Shown: positions 10,738 to 18,114 of the stretch, in pieces | How the letters are laid out: every line of letters starts with the position of its first letter | How positions within the stretch are numbered: position 1 is the stretch's first letter | Source: Mycolicibacterium smegmatis | GTDB lineage: Bacteria; Actinomycetota; Actinomycetes; Mycobacteriales; Mycobacteriaceae | Assembly (NCBI RefSeq): GCF_001457595.1 | Contig: NZ_LN831039.1 | Span: 5,730,001 to 5,762,000 of the forward strand | Direction of reading: 5' to 3' | DNA: 32,000 nt | Notes under the pieces: generated by a model | Seen by the model: only the letters and a program-made list of their open reading frames with translations | Told to the model about the DNA's origin: nothing | The model's database searches: none | Position numbers and translations under genes: made by a program

Positions 10738-11885
10738 GCGCTCGCCCGCTCGGCCACACCGGGTGGCTCGGTCAGCACCTCGCGCAACGTCATCCGCGTG
10801 CGCTGACGCAGCACGTTGCGGTAGATCTGCTCGTATCCCGCGCCGAACCGGCCGACCCCGAAGTGCGCCGCGACGTGCCTGCGGCACGCGGCGGGGTCGA
10901 GATGCGTGGCCTTTTCCATCGCCGCCGGAAGTTCCTCGGGCACATCGCAGATCACGCCCGTGACACCGTCGACGATCACCTCGGGCACCGCGCCGCCACG
11001 CAGCGCGACCACCGGTGTACCGCAGGCCATGGCCTCGATCATCACCATGCCGAACGGCTCTTCCCACTGGATCGGGAAGACCAGGCAGCGGGCCTCGGCG
11101 AGCAGCTTGCGCTTGGCCTGCGCGTCGGCCATGCCGAACACGTGATCGCTGTCGGTGAGCAGCGGTTTCACCTGCTCGTCGAAGTACGCGATCTCGGGCG
11201 GTTCACTGCACTTGCCTGCCAGGACCAGCGGCATGCCTGCGGCGTGCCCGGCCTCCAGCGCGAGGTGCGCACCCTTGTACGGCGCGTACCGGCCGAGGAA
11301 CAGCGCATAGTCCTTCTTCACGGTGTTGAACGGCCAGTCGTCGATACGCAGCGCATTGTGCACGCGGCCAACCCAATTCAGGTCGGGAGCGAGCTCACGC
11401 TGGCGGTCGCTGATCGCGATCAGGCCGATGTCGTCGCCGAGTTCGCGGTAATAGGGGTACAGGTCCTCGTCGATCGGGCCGTGCACCGTGACCACAGTGG
11501 GCAACCCGAGCTTGCGGTAGAACGGAGCGTTGAGCGGGCCTGCGAACGTGTGATCGTGCACGATGTCGACGCCTTCGGTGGCGGCGATGCGCTCGATGGC
11601 CTTACGCACCTTGAGCGCGTGCATGATCTCCGGGTACGGCTGGCCCAGACGATCGGGAAGTGTGCGCTCCCACAGGGGTTGGAAGCGCGCAGCAGTCCCC
11701 GGTGCTCCTGCACCCAACACCGTCACGTGGTGGCCGCGGGCGGTCAGCGTATCGGCGAGATCCGCGACGACGGCTTCGGTGCCGCCGTAGCCCTTGGGGG
11801 GAATGTCGAAGTAGGGCGGCGCGACGAGCACGATCCGCAGCGGATCGTCCACATCGGCCGGGGCGAGGATATCGTTGCCGCTCAC
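10734..11885 (-). CDS. GT4-family glycosyltransferase
   Basis: VAPPYFDIPPKGYGGTEAVVADLADTLTARGHHVTV, ARCLVFPIQWEEPFGMVMIEAMACGTPVVALRGGAVPEVIVDG; AGGAGG Shine-Dalgarno upstream of GTG. Confidence 0.9.
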   Translation of the reverse strand: MSGNDILAPADVDDPLRIVLVAPPYFDIPPKGYGGTEAVVADLADTLTARGHHVTVLGAGAPGTAARFQPLWERTLPDRLGQPYPEIMHALKVRKAIERIAATEGVDIVHDHTFAGPLNAPFYRKLGLPTVVTVHGPIDEDLYPYYRELGDDIGLIAISDRQRELAPDLNWVGRVHNALRIDDWPFNTVKKDYALFLGRYAPYKGAHLALEAGHAAGMPLVLAGKCSEPPEIAYFDEQVKPLLTDSDHVFGMADAQAKRKLLAEARCLVFPIQWEEPFGMVMIEAMACGTPVVALRGGAVPEVIVDGVTGVICDVPEELPAAMEKATHLDPAACRRHVAAHFGVGRFGAGYEQIYRNVLRQRTRMTLREVLTEPPGVAERASA

Positions 11886-11922
11886 GCTGTCAACCTCCTA
11901 CTCACTCAATTGCGCGGCCGCG

Positions 11923-11949
11923 TTAGCACTCTCATCCGACGAGTGCCAA
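11923..11949. promoter_or_regulatory. CIRCE-like element (candidate HrcA operator)
   Basis: TTAGCACTC-TCATCCGAC-GAGTGCCAA: 9-bp arms, exactly 9-bp spacer, one mismatch to consensus TTAGCACTC-N9-GAGTGCTAA; 38 bp upstream of the minus-strand glycosyltransferase start with TTGACC just upstream. Confidence 0.8.
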
Positions 11950-12013
11950 TTATGGTCAAGCCAACCCACTTTCGGCAACCGGAACTCGTCGACGCGTCGG
12001 CTAACCTTCGAAT

Positions 12014-13483
12014 GTGAGTCGGATCGGCGCTCTGGCGCTTCGGGATGCAGTGCTGGACGAGGGCTCGTTCCGCAGCTGGGACACGGCGCCCCTGGACGTC
12101 GGCGCCGACGACGAGTACCGCCGTGAACTGGCCGAGGCCTCGGCCAAGACCGGGCTGGACGAATCAGTGCTGACCGGCGAGGGCACGGTGTTCGGCAGGC
12201 GCGTCGCGGTGGTGGCGTGTGAGTTCGACTTCCTCGCCGGATCGATCGGCGTGGCCGCGGCCGAGCGCATCACCGCGGCCGTGCAGCGCGCGACCGCCGA
12301 ACGCCTGCCACTGCTGGCGTCGCCGAGCTCGGGCGGCACGCGCATGCAGGAGGGCACGGTCGCGTTCCTGCAGATGGTCAAGATCGCCGCGGCCGTCGAG
12401 CTGCACAAGCAGGCCCATCTCCCCTACCTCGTGTACCTGCGTCATCCCACGACCGGCGGGGTGTTCGCGTCGTGGGGATCGCTGGGCCACGTCACCGCGG
12501 CCGAACCGGGCGCGCTGATCGGCTTCCTCGGCCCGCGCGTGTACGAGCACCTCTACGGCGAACCGTTCCCGTCTGGCGTGCAGACCGCCGAGAACCTGCA
12601 CGCCCACGGCGTCATCGACGGTGTGGTGCCGCTTGCGCTGCTGCGCGAGACGCTCGACCGGACCCTGCGCGTGGTGGCCGACCCGCCGGGACCTGCGCCT
12701 GCCGTCATCGAGACCGAGGACCTGCCGGACGTGCCGGCCTGGGACTCGGTGATCGCGTCGCGTCGGCCCGACCGCCCCGGCGTCGGCTTCCTGCTGCGCC
12801 ACGGCGCGACCGATCAGGTGCTGCTGTCGGGCACCGAACGGGGCGAGGCCGCGACGACGCTGCTCGCGCTCGCCCGGTTCGGCGGTCAGCCCGCCGTGGT
12901 GCTGGGCCAGCGTCGTATCGTCGGCGGCCTGGTGGGCCCCGGCGCACTGCGCGAGGCCCGCCGCGGCATGGCGTTGGCCGCCGGACTGCAGCTACCGCTC
13001 GTGCTGGTGATCGACACCGCCGGGCCCGCGCTGTCGACCGAGGCCGAGCAGGGCGGGCTGGCCGGTGAGATCGCGCGCTGCCTGGCCGAACTCGTCACGC
13101 TCGACACCCCGACCGTGTCGGTGCTCATGGGTCAGGGCAGCGGCGGGCCGGCACTGGCGATGGTTCCCGCCGACCGCGTGCTCGCGGCGTCCAACGGCTG
13201 GCTCGCGCCACTGCCGCCCGAAGGTGCGAGCGCCATCGTCTACCGCGACACCGAGCATGCCCCCGAACTCGCTGCCGCACAGGGTGTCCGGGCCGTCGAC
13301 CTGCTACGCCACGGCATCGTCGACGTCGTCGTCGCCGAGAAACCCGATGCCGCCGACGAGCCACGCGCCTTCACGGCCCGGTTGTCCACCGCGATCGCCG
13401 CCGAATTGCACAACCTGCGTGCCGTTCCCGACGACGAGCGTCTGCAGACGCGGTTGCAGCGGTACCGCCGGATCGGGTTGTAG
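12014..13483 (+). CDS. accD3: Acyl/acetyl-CoA carboxylase carboxyltransferase subunit (AccD3-like)
   Basis: 489-aa carboxyltransferase domain (LLASPSSGGTRMQEGTVAFLQMVKI, FASWGSLGHVTAAEPGALIGFLGPRVYE, VLMGQGSGGPALAMVPADRVLAA); synteny with Rv0904c. Confidence 0.88.
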   Translation: MSRIGALALRDAVLDEGSFRSWDTAPLDVGADDEYRRELAEASAKTGLDESVLTGEGTVFGRRVAVVACEFDFLAGSIGVAAAERITAAVQRATAERLPLLASPSSGGTRMQEGTVAFLQMVKIAAAVELHKQAHLPYLVYLRHPTTGGVFASWGSLGHVTAAEPGALIGFLGPRVYEHLYGEPFPSGVQTAENLHAHGVIDGVVPLALLRETLDRTLRVVADPPGPAPAVIETEDLPDVPAWDSVIASRRPDRPGVGFLLRHGATDQVLLSGTERGEAATTLLALARFGGQPAVVLGQRRIVGGLVGPGALREARRGMALAAGLQLPLVLVIDTAGPALSTEAEQGGLAGEIARCLAELVTLDTPTVSVLMGQGSGGPALAMVPADRVLAASNGWLAPLPPEGASAIVYRDTEHAPELAAAQGVRAVDLLRHGIVDVVVAEKPDAADEPRAFTARLSTAIAAELHNLRAVPDDERLQTRLQRYRRIGL

Positions 13484-13500
13484 TTCTTGCGCCACTTCGC

Positions 13501-13556
13501 CGCTCGTAACGCCACGGCGGAATTTTCGCGATTTTTCCGCCGTGGCGTTACGAGCG
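13501..13556. repeat. 56-bp near-perfect palindrome, copy 1
   Basis: CGCTCGTAACGCCACGGCGGAATTTTCGCGATTTTTCCGCCGTGGCGTTACGAGCG: 22-bp perfect arms, inner TCGCGA on the same symmetry centre, only three mismatched positions near the centre. Confidence 0.96.
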
Positions 13557-13590
13557 CGGAGTTGTCGGTGCCCCTCGGCACACTCCTGCC

Positions 13591-14427
13591 ATGGGGGAAC
13601 CATTCATCGGAAGTGAGGCGCTCGCGGCGGGCACGCTGACGCGTCATCAACTGCGCAGCCGCTTCATCGCGGTCTATCAGGACATCTACGTCGCAAAGGG
13701 CACACTGCCCACGGCGATACTGCGAGCCAAGGCGTGCTGGCTGCGGTCGAGACGACGCGGTGTGCTGGCCGGATACTCCGCCGCGGCCTTGCATGGCGCC
13801 CGATGGATTGACCCCGGTCTGCCTGCCTACATCCTGGACACCAACCGTCGCCCGGCGCGCGGCGTGGTCGTCTGGAGCGACGCGATAGAAGACGACGAGA
13901 TCTGCCTGATCGGCGACATGCGCGTCACCACGCCGGTGCGCACCGCCCTCGACCTGGCCTGCAAGTTTCCCGAGGACGTCGCGGTACCGGCCATCGATTC
14001 ACTGGCCAGGGCCGCGAAACTCAAGGTGGCCGACATCGAGCTGGCCGCCGAGCATCACGCGGCACGAAGAGGAATCCGGCAGGCGCGCACCATCATCGCC
14101 CTCGTCGACCCCGGTGCCGAATCACCGCGCGAGACCTGGTTACGGCTCGTGGTCGTGCGTGCCGGATATCCGCCACCACAGACGCAGTACGCGGTGCTCA
14201 ACGAGTACGGCGCACTGATCGGGGAAGTCGACATGGCCTGGCCCGAGCTCAAGATCGCGCTGGAGTACGAGGGGCAACACCACACGGATCCGGTCACGCT
14301 GCGCAAAGACATCCAGCGGGCGGACGAGATGATGGAAAACGGCTGGATCGTGATCCGCGTGACCGCACGCGACGGCGAAGCAACCGTGCTCAAGCGGGTC
14401 GCGAAGGCATGGGCCTCGCGCTCGTAA
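13591..14427 (+). CDS. AbiEi-like N-terminal domain plus DUF559/Vsr-like PD-(D/E)XK-type C-terminal domain protein
   Basis: 278 aa; N-terminal GTLTRHQLRSRFIAVYQDIYVAKG and C-terminal GEVDMAWPELKIALEYEGQHHTDP resembling DUF559/Vsr-type nuclease cores. Stop codon lies inside palindrome copy 2. Confidence 0.8.
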   Translation: MGEPFIGSEALAAGTLTRHQLRSRFIAVYQDIYVAKGTLPTAILRAKACWLRSRRRGVLAGYSAAALHGARWIDPGLPAYILDTNRRPARGVVVWSDAIEDDEICLIGDMRVTTPVRTALDLACKFPEDVAVPAIDSLARAAKLKVADIELAAEHHAARRGIRQARTIIALVDPGAESPRETWLRLVVVRAGYPPPQTQYAVLNEYGALIGEVDMAWPELKIALEYEGQHHTDPVTLRKDIQRADEMMENGWIVIRVTARDGEATVLKRVAKAWASRS

Positions 14428-14474
14428 CGCCACGGCGGAAATTTCGCGATTTTTCCGCCGTGGCGTTACGAGCG
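14419..14474. repeat. 56-bp near-perfect palindrome, copy 2
   Basis: CGCTCGTAACGCCACGGCGGAAATTTCGCGATTTTTCCGCCGTGGCGTTACGAGCG: 55/56 identical to copy 1. Confidence 0.96.
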
Positions 14475-14479
14475 GCGCA

Positions 14480-16474
14480 TCAGACTTCGATCGGGGGCCG
14501 CAGGCGGTCCATGGTGTACTGCCGGTTTCGTCTGGCGGCCCACGCACTGCCTGCCAGTGATACCGCGAGCAGGCCCGTGAGCACCACGATCGCGATCCAC
14601 AACCGCGAGTCGACACCGCCCACGATCACCTGCCGAAGACCGTTGACGGCGTAGGTCATCGGGTCGACGGGGTGCAGGATCTGGAACGGTTTGGCCGTGG
14701 TCTCGACGGGATAGATGCCGCCCGCGGACACGAGCTGCAGCATCAGGAACGCCAGGGTGACGACGCGGCCCACCGACACCCCGAACAGGGCATTGAACGC
14801 CTGGATGAGCGCGAGGAACGTCGCCGCGACGAGGATCAGGAACCCGACCGTGGCGAGCGGGTACTTCGCCTGCAGACCGACGCCGAAGTGGACCACGACG
14901 TACATCACCACGACCTGGCACACCGCGATCAGCAGGCCGGGCCAGTAGGACGCCAGCACGACGCGCAGCGCGCCGAGGCCGTTGACGACGGGCCGGGTCT
15001 GCAAGGGCTTCAACAGCATCCAGATGATCAGCGCGCCGATGAACAACGCCAGCGGCAGGAAGAACGGGGCAAACCCGGTGCCGAACGTGACCGCGGGGTT
15101 GTGGGTCTCGATGTCCAGCGCGACGGGCGCGGACAGGGTCCGGGCGACCTCGGTGCGCTGCTGCGGGGTCCACGACGGCACCTGGGTCGACCCGTCGCGC
15201 AGCGCGGTGGCCAACTGCCGGCTGCCCGTCTCGAGCTTCTCGGTGCCCGCGGCGAGTTCGTTTGCGCCGTTGGACAGTTGACGTCCACCGTTGGTCAGCT
15301 GCACGAGCCCGCTGTTGAGGGCCTGGGCCCCGCTGTTGAGCTGTTGGGCACCGTCGCGCAGCTTGACGACGTCGGCGCGCAGACCGCCGTTGAGGGCCTT
15401 GGTGATGAACGTGCGCATCTTGCTGTTGGGATCGCCGAGTTCGTTCTCAAGCTCGGCCGCGCTGTCGCGCAACTTGATCAGGCCGTCGTCGGTGGTGGGG
15501 TCGATACCGCGCGAGGTCAGGATCCGGTGGGCCCCGGCCAGGAACTCGCCGGTGTCGCGGGCCGTGGGGTCGGGGCTGTTGCGCAGGAAGTTGACGGCCT
15601 GGTCGACGATCGCGGCGGCCTGCGCCTGATCGATGTTGAGCGCCGCGATGCGATCGGTCGTCGAGCGCACGGCACCCGACAGGCGCTGTGCGGCACGGCC
15701 GACCTCGTCGGGATCGAGGCCGAGATCGCCGACACGGTCGAGCACGTGCAGCAGCGGATCGGTGGCGGTGGTGACGGCCGTCGACAACTGACGCGTGCCC
15801 GCGGCGAGCTGCGCCGAACCGTCGCGCGCGGTCACCAGACCGGCGGTCAGCGCGTCGGCGCCCGAGGCCAGGCGTTGCGCGCCGTCGTTGGCCGCGGCGT
15901 TGCCGTCGGCGAGTTGCTGGGCGCCGTCGGCGGCCTTGATCAGGCCCTCACCGGCGTCGGTGAGCCCCGTGAGCACCGTGCCGACCGTGCGCTCGCCGAT
16001 CCGGGCGTTGATCTGGTTGATCACCTCACGCGCGGCGTTCTGCCCGATGATCGAGCCCAGGTAGTTGTTGGCGTCGTTGAACGTGAAGCGCAGCGTGGCC
16101 TGCTGCGGCGAGTCACCCGACGGCGACGCGATGGCCTCGCTGAAGTCCTCGGGCAGCGTGATCGAGAAGTAGTACCTGCCGCTGGACACACCGTCGGCGG
16201 CCTCGTCGGCCGAGACCCGGTGAAGCTGCAACTCCCCCGAGTCGACCAGGGCGTCGGACACCTCCTGGCCCGCGTTGAGCCGCTCGCCCTGCGCGACGGC
16301 ACCCTTGTCCTCGTTGACCAGGGCGACCGGGACCTTGTCGACCTCGTTGAACGGGTTCCAGAACGCCCACAGGTACATCGCGCCGTACAGCAGCGGCATG
16401 AAGATCACGATGACCAGCGCGATGCGTGGCATGGCGCCGCGGGAGAACCGCTTGAAATCGGTGCCGAGAGACAT
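14480..16474 (-). CDS. YhgE/Pip-type membrane protein (ABC-2-like permease)
   Basis: N-terminal TM with VALVNEDKGAV, repeats LADGNAAANDGAQRLASGADAL.. and LNSGAQALNSGLVQLTNGGRQLSNGANELAAG, multiple C-terminal TMs. ATG 16474 preferred over GTG 16486. Confidence 0.88.
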   Translation of the reverse strand: MSLGTDFKRFSRGAMPRIALVIVIFMPLLYGAMYLWAFWNPFNEVDKVPVALVNEDKGAVAQGERLNAGQEVSDALVDSGELQLHRVSADEAADGVSSGRYYFSITLPEDFSEAIASPSGDSPQQATLRFTFNDANNYLGSIIGQNAAREVINQINARIGERTVGTVLTGLTDAGEGLIKAADGAQQLADGNAAANDGAQRLASGADALTAGLVTARDGSAQLAAGTRQLSTAVTTATDPLLHVLDRVGDLGLDPDEVGRAAQRLSGAVRSTTDRIAALNIDQAQAAAIVDQAVNFLRNSPDPTARDTGEFLAGAHRILTSRGIDPTTDDGLIKLRDSAAELENELGDPNSKMRTFITKALNGGLRADVVKLRDGAQQLNSGAQALNSGLVQLTNGGRQLSNGANELAAGTEKLETGSRQLATALRDGSTQVPSWTPQQRTEVARTLSAPVALDIETHNPAVTFGTGFAPFFLPLALFIGALIIWMLLKPLQTRPVVNGLGALRVVLASYWPGLLIAVCQVVVMYVVVHFGVGLQAKYPLATVGFLILVAATFLALIQAFNALFGVSVGRVVTLAFLMLQLVSAGGIYPVETTAKPFQILHPVDPMTYAVNGLRQVIVGGVDSRLWIAIVVLTGLLAVSLAGSAWAARRNRQYTMDRLRPPIEV

Positions 16475-16488
16475 TCCGGCGAGCACGG

Positions 16489-17217
16489 CTACTTCTCACC
16501 CTTCTGTGCTGAGGCCAGCTCGGCCGGTGTGGTGTTCGGTACCGCGATGTGGGTCACGGCAGGGTTGCTCACCGGGTTGACCGTGGCGGTGACGACGGTT
16601 TGCTGCTCGCCGAGCGCGATCAGGCGTTCTGCGAGCAGTTCGCGGTTGCGGTCGTCGGTGACGTGGTCGAAATCGCCGACCACGAGCAGCGGCGGTCTCG
16701 ACGTGTTGGCCAGCGCGATCCGCAGCAGGACCCGGTCGAGTTCGGTGAGTTCGTCGAAGTACTCACCCAGCGGAGGCAGGGGCAGGTCACCGAACACCGG
16801 GCCGCACAGTGCGGCGAGGTCGTCGGCACCGGCACGCGGCACGCGCCGGTACCACGGCGCGTCCCACCGGCGCTGCTCGGTGATGACGTCGGCCACGGTC
16901 ACCGACTCGGGGACGGCGTCGATGTCCTCCACCGCCGCGACTGCCGAGATGTCGAAGATGTCCTTGGCGCGGGTGCGGCCGAGCACCGTCACCTCGCCGG
17001 ACTGCGGTTTCATCCGCCCGGCCAGCGTGAGCAGCAGCGCGGTGCGGCCCGCACCCGACGGCGCCACCAGCGCGGTCACGCCGCCTTCTGCGATGTCGAG
17101 GTCGACGGGCCCGTACACCGGGCCGAACGGCCCGCGCATCGTGATCTCCCGCGCGGTGATCGCCGGCGGTTTTTGCTCGTCGGCGTCCGGATCAGGCTCG
17201 GCAGTTAGCTGAGGCAT
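16489..17217 (-). CDS. ABC-transporter-like ATPase with degenerate motifs, partner of YhgE/Pip protein
   Basis: Walker A APSGAGRTA, Walker B-like PPLLVVGDFD, no canonical LSGGQ (LTELDRVLLRIALAN in its place). Confidence 0.8.
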   Translation of the reverse strand: MPQLTAEPDPDADEQKPPAITAREITMRGPFGPVYGPVDLDIAEGGVTALVAPSGAGRTALLLTLAGRMKPQSGEVTVLGRTRAKDIFDISAVAAVEDIDAVPESVTVADVITEQRRWDAPWYRRVPRAGADDLAALCGPVFGDLPLPPLGEYFDELTELDRVLLRIALANTSRPPLLVVGDFDHVTDDRNRELLAERLIALGEQQTVVTATVNPVSNPAVTHIAVPNTTPAELASAQKGEK

Positions 17218-17400
17218 GCGTCAATCTCATCACACGCGTCACGCTGTCGCGCACAGGCGAGCACATGTCGCGCGTCCTGCCGGTTCCTGTGTGAATGCCG
17301 CGGACTTGCGGTCCACTGGCACAACCCATTTGGGGACCGGTTTCCGACAGCCGTGAAACTCAGTTGCTCGGCACCGCATGTACAGTGTCAAATGAAAACC

Positions 17401-17568
17401 GCGCTTCGTTAGGTGAGGCTCCTACACGAACACAGGCCACTGATCCGACGACGTCGAGAGACGCCCAGGGTTAGGACAGATCTTCCCGGCCTAAGGGATG
17501 ATCCGAAGTGGCTTCCCACCTCAAGGTGGGACACGTCGTGCAGTGCCAAAGCTCTGATGAGGAAGTGC
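17401..17568 (+). ncRNA. M-box (ykoK leader) Mg2+ riboswitch aptamer
   Basis: GCGCTTCGTTAGGTGAGGCTCCTACACG...CAGTGCCAAAGCTCT...GAAGTGC matches the hallmark conserved segments GUUAGGUGAGGCUCCU and CAGUGCYAAAGCUCU; P1 forms between 17401-17407 and 17562-17568. Confidence 0.95.
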
Positions 17569-17609
17569 TCGCGCCACTCGGCGCGTCCGGCCATGTGCCC
17601 GACTTCCTC
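17559..17609 (+). promoter_or_regulatory. Candidate expression-platform hairpin competing with M-box P1
   Basis: GAGGAAGT (17559-17566) is perfectly complementary to ACTTCCTC (17602-17609); the 5' arm overlaps the 3' strand of P1. Confidence 0.5.
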
Positions 17610-17680
17610 TTCAGCGCGCATCTGACGGTTGCGTGCAGAACAGCTGCGCCCCGTGCGCCCGGTAGCGAGGAGGTGACGAC

Positions 17681-17764
17681 ATGACGTCATGTGACGGCCC
17701 GTATCCCAGTCCGATTCGAAAACGTTTGTTTGTGAACACCTCTCCGCTTTCGGTGACGTCCTAG
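17681..17764 (+). CDS. Candidate 27-aa small/leader ORF
   Basis: AGGAGGT Shine-Dalgarno (17668-17674), 6-nt spacer, ATG; MTSCDGPYPSPIRKRLFVNTSPLSVTS stop TAG. Confidence 0.4.
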   Translation: MTSCDGPYPSPIRKRLFVNTSPLSVTS

Positions 17765-17802
17765 GTCGACGCGGAGAGCTCCACAGTGAGATGGAGAATC
17801 CG

Positions 17803-17976
17803 ATGCAGCACAACACCTTTCTTCGTCATGCCCGCAGCGCGGTCAAACGCCCCATCGCGTGGATCCACACACGTGCGTCGCTGACCCCGCAGGAGCGGCA
17901 CAACCTGAGGATGAGCAACACCCCGGTGGCGGTCCTGACCGCGTCCCTGGGAGGCGGCTCGCACACGGCCCGTTAG
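17803..17976 (+). CDS. Small hypothetical protein (57 aa) downstream of the M-box
   Basis: GGAG Shine-Dalgarno 6 nt before ATG 17803; MQHNTFLRHARSAVKRPIAWIHTRASLTPQERHNLRMSNTPVAVLTASLGGGSHTAR. Confidence 0.45.
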   Translation: MQHNTFLRHARSAVKRPIAWIHTRASLTPQERHNLRMSNTPVAVLTASLGGGSHTAR

Positions 17977-17997
17977 TTTCACACCCGCGCCACCACC

Positions 17998-18104
17998 AAC
18001 CACCGACGTACTTCGGCTGGCTGGTCGCGACGCTGACCTGCTACTGCGTGGTCGTCCAGACCGTCAAGACCGTCTACATCCGCAGGTTCGGCCGGTGGTT
18101 CTGA
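17998..18104 (+). pseudogene. C-terminal remnant of an MgtA/MgtB-type Mg2+-transporting P-type ATPase
   Basis: Frame ending at TGA 18104 encodes QPPTYFGWLVATLTCYCVVVQTVKTVYIRRFGRWF, matching the typical Mgt C-terminus (P-x-SYFPWLVA-L-x-Y-x-x-x-x-Q-x-x-K-x-x-Y-x-RR-F/Y-G-x-W). The catalytic body is absent upstream. Confidence 0.8.
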
Positions 18105-18114
18105 GCGTCTGACG

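Noticed and set aside
15150-16000. Repetitive LxxGxxxLxxG segments in the YhgE/Pip gene considered as a DNA tandem repeat
   Set aside because: Repetition is at the protein heptad level and normal for this family; the DNA is not a clean tandem array.
17409-17816. ORFs on both strands overlapping the M-box (17409-17816 minus, 17413-17625 plus)
   Set aside because: The region is explained by a structured RNA; the translations have no domain-like character.
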